From: Scyliorhinus canicula
Taxonomy: Eukaryota
Assembly: GCF_902713615.1 (NCBI RefSeq)
Contig: NC_052175.1
Location: 7,519,941 to 7,583,940 of the forward strand
Length of the DNA: 64,000 nt
Reading direction: 5' to 3'
In this document: positions 1 through 9,945 of the stretch, piece by piece
Numbering within the stretch: position 1 is the first letter of the stretch
How the letters are laid out: each line of letters opens with the position of its first letter
Notes under the pieces: model-generated
What the model was told of the DNA's origin: nothing
Database searches by the model: none
What the model saw: only the letters and a program-made list of their open reading frames with translations
Program-made: the position numbers and the translations under genes

Positions 1-641
1 TGGGCAAAGCTCACGCAAACACTGGTAGTAGGTGCAACCCCAAAGCGACAGTGACCCAGAACCGGGGTCGAACATCGGACCCCGGCACTGTTAGGCACCA
101 GGGCTAACCACTGCGGCACCATGCTGACAGTTTGCAAACCTAACTTCTACTCCCTCCAAAGCAAAAATATCCTTCCTGAGGTGTGGTACCCAACACGCTT
201 CATGTTGCACATTTTATGTTGCATTACTGAATTAAAACCATATGATCTTAATGGCTCACACGGCAACAGTCTCCCTGCTATCGGAGGAGATATTAAACCT
301 CGAAACGCTATCTGCCACTCTGCGATCAGAAACATCCCATCGCACTATTACCCGAAGAGCGGAGGACGGGTGGGGGGTGTGGTAGGTGAATTTATCCCAG
401 TGCCTTGGTGGCCAATATCTACTCTTCCACAAACATCATGAAAAACATGATCTGAATCCTGATCACTTTGTGGGATCTCCCGTTGCAAACATTTGGGCTG
501 CTGCGATTCCTATAATGCAACGGCTACGACATTTCATGTAACGCCCTCGAATGTCTGCAAAGCGGTTCTTTCCATTTTGGGCCTGTTATCGTTTCAAATG
601 TAATCCTCAGCGTTTGTTCTGTGAGCGAAATTACTGAGAGG

Positions 642-678
642 ATGGTCCATTTTATAGTTTATTGCTGTAGGTGGATCG
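642..678 (+). CDS. Possible leader exon of gene 1 (MVHFIVYCCRWI, phase 1)
   Basis: ATG at 642 and a phase-1 donor G|GTAGAG at 679 would splice in frame to 743 across a 64-nt intron. The donor is weak and the peptide only modestly hydrophobic; the true leader may lie upstream of the window. Confidence 0.2.
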
Positions 679-742
679 GTAGAGGAAACAGTCTCTCTCC
701 CTGCCATAACAGAATCTGTGCTGATGACTTTCTCTTTTTCAG

Positions 743-1081
743 TTATTGCATCGCAGGCAGCGTTATTCCAGACTCCGGCGGTTCAGAGTGTCACGCCTGG
801 AAGTACCCTCAAGATGCATTGTCACACGGGTCGGTTGGCATGGGCTGCTGTCCACTGGTATATGCGGCAGAACCAGAAACATCTGCAGCTAGTTTATATT
901 GTAACAAATTACAACCCTCCAAGCGGGAGATTTTCGGGAGAAATTAATGATAAGTCCACTATCTACACTCTGATCATCAGCGATGTCCAGGCCAATGATT
1001 CGGGGGTGTATTACTGTGGAGCTAAGGAGTACAGCACAGCCCCATTTAAGTTTGGAAACGGCTCCAAATTGCTCATCGCAG
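743..1081 (+). CDS. Gene 1 exon: V-set Ig domain with fused J segment (IgL/TCR-like VJ), phase 1 to 1
   Basis: Acceptor tttctctttttcAG (741-742), donor G|GTAATA (1082). Translation IASQAALFQTPAVQSVTPGSTLKMHC...HWYMRQ...RFSG...YTLIISDVQANDSGVYYCGAKEYSTAPFKFGNGSKLLIA: canonical B-strand Cys, C-strand Trp, DSGVYYC and J motif FGNG (1051-1062). Confidence 0.93.
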
Positions 1082-1164
1082 GTAATAATTACGATTATTT
1101 GCAACACAGACACCTCGGGTGTTTTGTCCAATCCTGATCCAATCTTACCTTTCCACCCCACCAG

Positions 1165-1467
1165 GCTCTCCAATAATCTACCTGTTAACTCTGCCACCGG
1201 AAGACATTTCCGGGATGAAAATTATCCCATTGGTGTGTTTGGTAAAGAAAGTGGATCCCGATTCTTTCGCCATCCTCTGGAATGTTTCTGGGCATATTAC
1301 GGACGCACAAACCGATTCTGGAATAATCGATACCGACGGATCCTACACTATCAGGAGTTTGATATATCTCCCCACGGAGATTTTTGGCAGCGGCGCTCGC
1401 TGCAATTGTGTTGTTCAAATTAACTCAAGTGTAAATCTGCTCAGTGAAATCGTCTCATCTCAGAGTG
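1165..1467 (+). CDS. Gene 1 exon: C1-set Ig constant domain, phase 1 to 1
   Basis: Acceptor ctttccaccccaccAG (1163-1164), in frame with the VJ exon (G|GC=Gly). SPIIYLLTLPPED...IPLVCLVKKVDPDSFAILWNVSG...TDGSYTIRSLIYL...GARCNCVVQ fits the antigen-receptor C1 pattern (LVCLV, W, DGSY..S.L, C.V). The 3' donor is either after 1464 (GTGGTA) or after 1467 (GTATCG); both are phase 1. Confidence 0.9.
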
Positions 1468-1994
1468 GTATCGATTATCATTTTCCTTTTGTATTTAATG
1501 CGCGGCTTGTTCGTTTTTAATATCTCTTTGTGCATTTAAAGTCACTCCTTCTCCCATATATTTCGTCATTGCAATGTTCATCTATCTGATTCCTTCTATC
1601 TGTTTAGTTGGGATCAACGTGTATGGGGTGGTGGGGGGATTGTGATCGGCCACATTCTGTCGTGTCAGTAATTAAATCATCATCTTAAACACCAGATTTA
1701 GTTCAGATATCAACCTCCAATATTCTTGAGGAAAGTGTCGCGTTCTCTTCAATCTTTTCTGATATTTGGAACCTTTCTATTGTCGTATGGTACCAATGAA
1801 ACGCCTTTGTTGCACTTTCCAGGAGCCACTGAAGCTTTATATTATACTCAGATATCGGGAATTGGTCACAGGGCTTACATTGATGCCAGATTCCCGTTTG
1901 CTATAACTTTAACATTGTATTCCATTAATGGAAAATGACCGGCAAAGGAGATTGTGTTTTAAGGCCTTATTATGCTGCATTGCTACTCTGAGTG

Positions 1995-2332
1995 ATAGAA
2001 CATAGAACATAGAACAGTACAGCACAGAACAGGCCCTTCGGCCCTCGATGTTGTGCCGAGCAATGATCACCCTACTTAAACCCACGTAACCCGTATACCC
2101 GTAACCCAACAATCCCCCCATTAACCTTACACTACGGGCAATTTAGCATGGCCAATCCACCTAACCCGCACATCTTTGGACTGTGGGAGGAAACCGGAGC
2201 ACCCGGAGGAAACCCACGCACACACGGGGAGGACGTGCAGACTCCACACAGACAGTGACCCAGCCGGGAATCGAACCTGGGACCCTGGAGCTGTGAAGCA
2301 TTGATGCTAACCACCATGCTAACGTGAGGCCC
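1995..2332 (-). mobile_element. tRNA-derived V-SINE (HE1-like), young copy
   Basis: A/B boxes (TAGCATGGTGG, GGTTCGATTCC), central GTGGGTTTCCTCCGGGTGCTCCGGTTTCCTCCCACA, CR1-like tail (TGTTCTA)n. Confidence 0.92.
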
Positions 2333-3139
2333 CTTCTGTGCAGGTCGCCGCAAACTCTCCGCTCCTCTATCAGATTTACAATTATTTTCCTGTGGGTGCA
2401 TATCCCGAACACTAACTTTGTCGACATAACCTTTGATCCAATATAGAACATATGAATCATTTTAGGTAAGCATGACTTCGTTCATCTTACATGATGGGGG
2501 ACATATTTTGGGCATCAATTGTTCGAAGTGAAATGTCTGAGTACTTGTAAGTGCCTGCAAAAGCTGAGGGCAGTCAACGTTGTTTTATGAAATGTAATGA
2601 AACACAACAAATTTAATACCAATGTCTTTTTGAAAAACGGTGCCTGAATTGACATATAAAGACAATGCAGTAGGTATAACTTTTAAGCATCTCCGCACGC
2701 ACTCCATTTGTCTCACAGGATTGCTGTTGGGGGAACATAAAGCATCCATCAGCAATGATATGTGAAAAAGATGGATAGAACGTTATATTCAGAAAAAGGG
2801 AGTTAGTATTCCTCTCAATAGGAACATTTTGGAAGCGTTGTTTTTCGGTCTGGACCTTGGGATCAATTTCGGAGTGTTGGTACAATCAGGAGAGAGAAAT
2901 GGGGACTAAGATGTTCCTTGAATTCATTCATAGAGTGTGCGTAGAAACATAGACAATCCATTACCTAATTCCATTACACTGCTCTATTCATTGACGTACT
3001 GTTATTTCATGCAGCTTTCCTTTCACACATGTATCTTTCTCGTTTTAATTCTACCTGAAAAGGCTCATCTCCCTGTCACTCTAATTTTCCATCGCTCTAT
3101 CCATCTGCATATATATCTATCTATTAATATCTCTGTCGA

Positions 3140-3274
3140 NNNNNNNNNNNNNNNNNNNNNNNNNNNNNNNNNNNNNNNNNNNNNNNNNNNNNNNNNNNNN
3201 NNNNNNNNNNNNNNNNNNNNNNNNNNNNNNNNNNNNNNNNNNNNNNNNNNNNNNNNNNNNNNNNNNNNNNNNNN
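3140..3274. other. Assembly gap (135 N) in the C1-TM intron of gene 1
   Basis: Run of n, flanked by low-complexity (tcta/tcca-like) sequence. Confidence 0.99.
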
Positions 3275-3609
3275 CGACTATCCTATTTGTCCATCTGTCT
3301 ACAATTTCATGACTCTATGTATGGATGTCTCAATATTTTTCCATCCATCTATTTCCATGCGTACCATTCTAACTAATTCCACCCGTCAGTCTTGCGCTAT
3401 TCATCCATTCAGCTTCGTTGGCATTGGAAATTGGCTTGGTTTACGTATTGGTTTTCAAAAACCGACTGTTTTCAGAATGTGCTCCGGAGATATTACTGAC
3501 ACTAACAAGTTTGACATTGATTACTCAGTTCCCTGCTGCTGGCGTTTCTGAAAGTTGCGATGGGTTATGATATTGGATCAATGATTTTTTTTAATGTTTT
3601 GTTGTGCAG

Positions 3610-3723
3610 ATGCTCCGCGTTTTACCAGCTGCATCTTCCTGCTTTCCGGGAGTATGTCTGCGCTTCTACTTCTGCTGGTGGTTGTTTTGACTGGTCGGAG
3701 GAGCTGTAGGAACAGGCAGACAG
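3610..3723 (+). CDS. Gene 1 exon: transmembrane plus basic stop-transfer, phase 1 to 1
   Basis: Acceptor tttttgttgtgcAG (3608-3609), donor G|GTAAAG (3724). Translation (D)APRFTSCIFLLSGSMSALLLLLVVVLTGRRSCRNRQT(G): about 24 uncharged residues followed by RR..R.R. Confidence 0.85.
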
Positions 3724-3850
3724 GTAAAGCGTAGACCTGTAACTCCGCCGCTCTTAATTCACCTATTTCTCGCTGGGATATTGTTGCTTCCGGCCGGCTT
3801 GGTGCTCAAATTGGTCATTTAGACTCAGTTTAAATTTGTTTTTGTGACAG

Positions 3851-3909
3851 GAAACAGTAAACGTGGTGAAGAACTGACAGATTCTAGAGCAGGTTCCCTG
3901 GAAAATGAG
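3851..3909 (+). CDS. Gene 1 cytoplasmic exon 1, phase 1 to 0
   Basis: Acceptor tttgtttttgtgacAG (3849-3850), donor GAG|GTAACT (3910). Encodes (G)NSKRGEELTDSRAGSLENE, in phase with the TM exon. Confidence 0.78.
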
Positions 3910-4179
3910 GTAACTATGATTATAATTATTCTTTTTATGTGTAGATACGTTTTTCAGATTCTTAATCCAAGTTTGAAGAGAATTAGGCCTTGGCACATGA
4001 GTCTATGGGCATTGCACAGTGTAGACTGCCAGGTAACACAGTTCACGTTTTCTATAGCACTGCGGAAATAGTTGATAATATGGATGTGGTTCGATCCAAC
4101 ATTTCAAAACGTGGATTGATTGATTAAACTTGTGTTAAGTGGATCATGGTTTAGGGTACTAAACCGGCCTGATCGGCTT

Positions 4180-4480
4180 AATAATAATAACCGCTATTGT
4201 CACAAGCAAGCTAACATTAACATTGCAATGTAATTACGTAAAAAGCCCCTAGTCGCCACATTCCGGCGCCTGTTCGGGTACACAGAGGCAGAATTCAAAA
4301 TGTTCAATTCACAAAAAAATCACGTCTCTTGGGACTTGTGCGAGGAAATCTCAGCACCTGGAACAAACCTACGCAGACACAAGGAGATCGTGCAGACTCT
4401 GCACAAACAGTTACCCAAGCCGGGAATCGAACCTTGGGACCTTGGCGCTGTGAAGCAACAGTGCGAACCACTCTGCTACG
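4180..4480 (-). mobile_element. tRNA-derived SINE with (TAT)n tail, in the last intron of gene 1
   Basis: Same head and central domain, different 3' tail. Confidence 0.85.
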
Positions 4481-4577
4481 GTGGCTTAGGATACACAGGT
4501 TCGAAGGGCTGAATAACTGTTATTGCCCCCATGACGTTGGAGTAGTTTATGCAAATGTTTTCTGTTTTTTCTTACAG

Positions 4578-4622
4578 ACTGTTTATGCTCGTCTGGTGGT
4601 TAACGCAGACTCCGCACTCTGA
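4578..4622 (+). CDS. Gene 1 terminal coding exon with ITIM/ITSM-like tyrosine motif
   Basis: Strong acceptor ttttctgttttttcttacAG (4576-4577), phase 0. Encodes TVYARLVVNADSAL, stop TGA at 4620-4622. Confidence 0.78.
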   Translation, partial: TVYARLVVNADSAL

Positions 4623-4936
4623 TATCCAACTAATTAGAGAGCCCACAATCTGCTTCCTGGATCTTACATTATGTATAAAATTTACGAGGTTTTGTCCTCA
4701 CTGGAGGAAAGCCATGGTATGGAAAGTGTTCTTGTTCCAGCCTGCATGCACATTTACATGTGATACGCGAGTAAACAGAATGTTGAATCGCCATCTTCTG
4801 GACGGTTTCCACGCAAGAACAAACCCTCTGCATTCCGACACACGGAACTACAAACTTTCAGTTAGCGTTTCATGATTTATTTTTATGTTGTGTATTTGTA
4901 TGTTTAAGCTCATTGGAAACGCTTGCAGAGCGCTTT

Positions 4937-4984
4937 TCCAAGTTACCAATTTGTCCAAGTTACCAATTTGTCCAAGTTACCAAT
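4937..4984. repeat. 17-bp tandem repeat (tccaagttaccaatttg) x about 2.8
   Basis: Copies start at 4937, 4954 and 4971; ATTAAA follows at 4987-4992. Confidence 0.9.
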
Positions 4985-6289
4985 CGATTAAACCAATTTG
5001 AAACCAACACATTCAGTTTATGAGGTAATATTGATTGATCGTGCAGTCCAGATACCATCAGTGAATGAGCTATGCTCAGGTTTATTTATTTACTTAGCAA
5101 ATGTAAATTCCCGAAGGGAATCAGTTTATTTTCGTCCTACTGTGTTGAGTGCGGATAGGCCTTCCCTGAATTTGTGGATTGGCATTCTTCTATGATGTGG
5201 TGCATAGTTTACTTTCTACCACAGTATCATAGGGGGCTGGTACTAATGATCTACCTGCACTGGTTGGCGCAGCAGGTGTCCTGAACCTGTTAAGTGTGGG
5301 ACACTCGCTCCTTGGAAGGTTGAAACGAGACTGCTGGGTTGGGTTTGAAACAAGGTAGTTGCTTTCCTTTCCCAGTTATTCCCATTTGTTTGTCCAGGTG
5401 CAATTTGTGGGGACGGCATGTGGGGAAGGGTTTTTCAAAATCGGCCGTCTTGATGGGAGTCGTACCTTGGATGGGCTGAATAGGTCAGTATAAATTGGCA
5501 TGTGGGTGGGGGGATATGAACCTTTCTATCATGTTGTGGGTTGTTGCATAGCCGGTATTTAATGAAGAGTGATTATTGCCAGAACAGGGAGCAGAGGGAG
5601 TGGTGCTGAGCATCGTGTTCGAGCAATGATATACATGGTCGCATTCTGTTTACGGATGGAGATAGTTTCGACGAAACTAATAGAAAAAATAAGACGTTGC
5701 GACAGCAGGAAATATTGAACTGTCTGCTGTTCTTTTCCCTTGAAAAGCGAAAACTGAAGGTTGAGCTAACAGAGGTCTTTAAAATTCTGAAAAGAATTTA
5801 AAAGCTAGACATAGATCAGATATTTCAAGCTGCAGGCAGACCGGATGTAATAGTCACTGATGTAAGATGGCCACTGCTAAATCCAATTACTAATTCAGGA
5901 GAAATATCTTGCCCAAGAGAAACAAGAGAATGGAACTCGCAAGGAAGTATTTGCGGTGAACAGCAGTCATGCATTTCAGCAGCTTGGTCGATACACACAT
6001 GAGGGATGAAGGAAGAGGAGAATATGTTGATGGAAAGAGTGTTGGGAGAAGGGTCAATGGGGAAGTAACAACAGTTGAGCCCAGTGACCTGGGCTGGAAA
6101 TATTTTCGACATTTATGAAGCCAGAGAATGTGCGGTGACTGAAATCGAATCGCTGTCGACGAGAATATATTACACAATCGACTTCAGAATGAAATAAACA
6201 TTTCAATGTAAAAGTAACATTCGTAGGACCTTCCACTGAGGTGTATAATGCTTTACACGTTTAATATAACATACATTAAAAAGTTATGC

Positions 6290-7420
6290 CGCAATGTGGC
6301 GTTATGGAAATAAGAACGTCCAGACGAACAATAAATATCGAACTCCATCGCGCCCTCCTTAATCACAGCTGTGATATCATCTCTGACGAGTAATGCAACT
6401 CCTCCACACCTTCTACCTCCTTCTCTATCCCTCCTGAAGCATCTATGCCCTGGGATAGTCGGTTGCCAGTCCTGCCCTTCCCTCAACCGTCTCAGTAATA
6501 CCAATAACATCATATTCCCAGGTATTGATCCAAGCCCAAAGTTCGTCTGCCTTACTTGCTACACTTCTCGCATTAGAACAAATGCACCTCAGACCACCTG
6601 TCCCTTTGATTTCATCATCTCTTCCCTGTCTACTCTTCCCCTCAGTCACATTGAGTTTATTATCTCGTACCTTACTGGCTTTAGTTGCTGCTCCTTTAGA
6701 ATTAGAATTAGAAAAGTACAGCACAGAACAGGCCCTTCGGCCCTCGATGTTGTGCCAAGCAATGATCACCCTACTCAAGCCCACATATCCACCCTATACC
6801 AGTAACCCAACAACCCCCATTAACCTTATTTTTTAGGACACTATGTGCAATTTATCCTGGCCAATCCACCTAACCCGCACATCTTTGGACTGTGGGAGGA
6901 AACCGGAGCACCCGGAGGAAACCCACGCAAACACGGGGAGGACGTGCAGACTCCGCACAGGCAGTGACCCAGCCGGGAATCGAACCTGGGACCCTGGAGC
7001 TGTAAGCATTTATGCTGACCACCATGCTACCGTGCTGCCCACTAATCTCTAACCTTTACTAACCTCTAACTTCCTAATCTGGTTCCCATCCCCCTGCCGC
7101 GTTAGTTTAAAACAGTGTTAGCAAAAGCACCCCCAAGGACATTGGTTCCAGGCCTGCCCAGGTGTAGACCATCCGGTTTGTAATGGTACCACCGCCCCCA
7201 GAACCGGTTCCAATGTCACAAAAATCTGAACCCCTCCCTCCTGCACCATCTCTCAAGCCACGTATTCATTCTGACAATTCTTGAATTTCTACTCTGACTG
7301 TCCCGTGGCACTGGTGGCAATCCTGAGATTACTACCTTTCAGGTCCTACTTTTTAACTTATCTAACTCTCTAAATACTGACTGTAGGACATCATCCCTTT
7401 TTTACCTATATCGTTGATGC
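6290..7420 (-). mobile_element. CR1 LINE fragment (ORF1 3' end / ORF2 endonuclease), split by a SINE
   Basis: Minus ORFs with NARSVASKADELWAWINTWEYDVIGITET and GYRCFR.DR..G.R.GGVALLVR-like peptides. Confidence 0.8.
6696..7040 (-). mobile_element. V-SINE (HE1-like) inserted in a CR1
   Basis: Full head, central domain and tail. Confidence 0.9.
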
Positions 7421-7661
7421 CTATATGAGAAGTCTTTGGCAGGTAGGATCAAGGAAAACCCAAAAGCTTTCTATAGGTATGTCAGGAATAAAATAATGAC
7501 TGGGGTAAGAGTAGGGCCAGTCAAGGACAGTTGTGGGAAGTTGTTGTGTGGAGGCTGAGGAGATAAACGAGATACTTAATGAATACTTTTCGTCAGTATT
7601 CACTCAGGAAAAAGATAATGTTGTGGAGGAGAATGCTGAGACCCAGGCTATTAGAATAGAT

Positions 7662-9945
7662 TGGACCCAAATTGGACCCCTCCGGAAGGCCGCTGCCCTA
7701 GACTCGACATGTATGCTCAAGCCGTCAGAAGTTGTGTCAATGCCAGATTCATCACTCGCAATCACAAGGCAGCCTCAAACGTCACCCAAGCACAACGCAA
7801 CGCCATCCGCACTCTCAAGACCAACCGCAACATCGTCATCAAACCAGCAGACAAAGGAGGGGCCACCGTCATACTGAACAGAACAGACTACTGCAAAGAC
7901 GTATACCGACAACTCGACAACCAGGAACACTACAGGCAGTTACCCGCAGATCCAACCAAGGAACACATCCGCCAACTCAGCAGACTGATCAAGACCTTAG
8001 ATCCAGACCTTCAGAACACCCTACGTGCTCTCATCCCACGTAATCCCCGCATTGGAGATCTCTACTGCCTCCCGAAAATACACAAGGCCAACACACCAGG
8101 CCGTCCTATCGTTTCAGGCAATGGGACCCTGTGTGAGAACCTCTCTGGCCACATCGAGGGCATCTTGAAACCCATCGTACAAGGTACACCCAGCTTCTGT
8201 CGCGACACGACGGACTTCCTACAGAAACTCAGCACCCATGGACCAGTTGAACCAGGAACATTCCTCGTCACAATGGATGTCTCGGCACTCTACACCAGCA
8301 TCCCCCATGACGACGGCATTGCTGCAACAGCCTCAGTCCTCAACACCGACAACTGCCAATCTCCAGACGCAATTCTGCAACTCATCCGTTTCATTCTAGA
8401 CCACAACGTCTTCACCTTCGACAACAAATTCTTCATCCAGACGCACGGAACAGCCATGGGGACCAAATTTGCACCTCAATATGCCATCATCTTCATGCAC
8501 AAGTTTGAACAGGACTTCCTCACCACACAGGACTTTCAACCGATGCTATACACCAGATACATCGATGACATTTTTTTCCTTTGGACCCACGGCGAGACAT
8601 CACTGAAACGACTACACGATGACATCAATAAGTTCCATCCCACCATCAAACTCACCATGGACTATTCTCCAAATTCAGTTCCATTCTTGGACACACTCGT
8701 CTCCATCAAGGACGGTCACCTCAGCACCTCGCTTTACCGCAAGCCTACAGATAATCTCACGATGCTCCACTTCTCCAGCTTTCACCCGAAACACATTAAA
8801 GAAGCCATCCCCTATGGACAAGCCCTCCGTATACACAGGATCTGCTCAGACAAGGAGGAGCGCAACAGACACCTACAGATGCTGAAAGATGCCCTCGTAC
8901 GAACGGGATATGGCGCTCGACTCATTGATCGACAGTTCCACCGCGCCACAGCAAAAAACCGCACCGACCTCCTCAGAAGACAAACACGGGACACCACTGA
9001 CAGAGTACCCTTCGTCGTCCAGTACTTTCCTGGGGCGGAGAAACTACGACATCTTCTTCGCAGCCTCCAACACATCATCAGCGAGGATGGACATCTTGCC
9101 AAGGTCATCCCCACACCCCCACTACTGGCCTTCAAACAACCGCGCAACCTCAAACAAACCATTGTTTGCAGCAAATTACCCAGCCTTCAGAACAGCAACC
9201 ACAACACCACAAAACCCTGCCAGGGTAATCTCTGCAAGACATGCCAGATCATCGACATGGACACCACCATTACACGTGGAAACACCACCCACCAGGTACG
9301 CGGCGCATACTCGTGCGACTCGACCAATGTAGTCTACCTCATACGCTGCAGGAAAGGATGTCCCGAAGCGTGGTACATTGGCGAGACCATGCAGACACTG
9401 CGACAACGAATAAACGGGCATCGTGCGACTATCAACAGGCAGGACTGTTCCCTTCCAGTTGGGGAACACTTCAGCAGTCAAGGACATTCAGCCTCTGATC
9501 TCCGGGTCAGCATTCTACAAGGAGGCCTTCAGGAGACGCGACAACGCAAAATTGCTGAGCAAAAACTTATAGCTAAGTTCCGCACGCATGAATGCGGACT
9601 CAACCGGGATCTGGGATTCATGTCGCATTACATTCGGCCCCCACCAACAAGCCTGGACTTGCAGAGGCCTACCGACTGAACTGGCTTGGGACAATTCACA
9701 CCTCTTTAACCTGGAGTTACCTCTCTCTCTGCATCTTTGATGATTTGATTGCCTGCAGGTGCTCGCATTCCGGGGCATTTCTGACTGTGTCTATATAAAC
9801 ATTTCTGGAACAAGCCTTTCCATTCACCTGAAGAAGGAGCCGTGCTCCGAAAGCTCGTGTTTGAAACAAACCTGTTGGACTTTAACCTGGTGTTGTAAGA
9901 CTTCTTACTGTGCTCACCCAAGTCCAACGCCGGCATCTCCACATC
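7662..9945 (+). mobile_element. Penelope-like retroelement (RT plus GIY-YIG endonuclease), 5'-truncated, inserted in a CR1
   Basis: Uninterrupted 672-codon frame 7661-9679 with KPADKGG, LPKIHK, DVSALYTSIP, GTAMG, YIDD and C-terminal VVYLIRC..WYIGET..HF..GLN. Flanked by duplicated ATTAGAATAGAT (7650-7661, 9946-9957). Confidence 0.95.
9825..9859 (+). ncRNA. Minimal type I hammerhead ribozyme in the Penelope terminal repeat
   Basis: CAC-CTGAAGA-A-GGAGC(cgt)GCTCC-GAAA-GCTC-GTG: catalytic core CUGANGA/GAAA, 5-bp stem II, palindromic AGCU stem III, CAC/GTG stem I. Hammerheads are an established feature of Penelope-like elements. Confidence 0.8.

Noticed and set aside
1035-1062. CACAGCC in the CDR3-like loop as a recombination heptamer
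   Set aside because: No nonamer-like sequence at 12 or 23 bp spacing; it lies within coding sequence.
718-1520. Gene 1 as an ordinary germline-joined Ig light-chain cluster or a TCR locus
   Set aside because: The C exon lacks the terminal Cys-stop of light chains and is followed by in-phase TM and tyrosine-motif exons; the TM lacks TCR charged residues; there are no separate V, D or J segments. Not fully excluded without phylogeny.
1995-2332. SINE heads as tRNA genes; recurring MVVSINASQLQGPRFDSRLGH ORFs as a gene family
   Set aside because: The A/B boxes run into SINE body and LINE-derived tail; the ORFs are incidental translations of the repeat.
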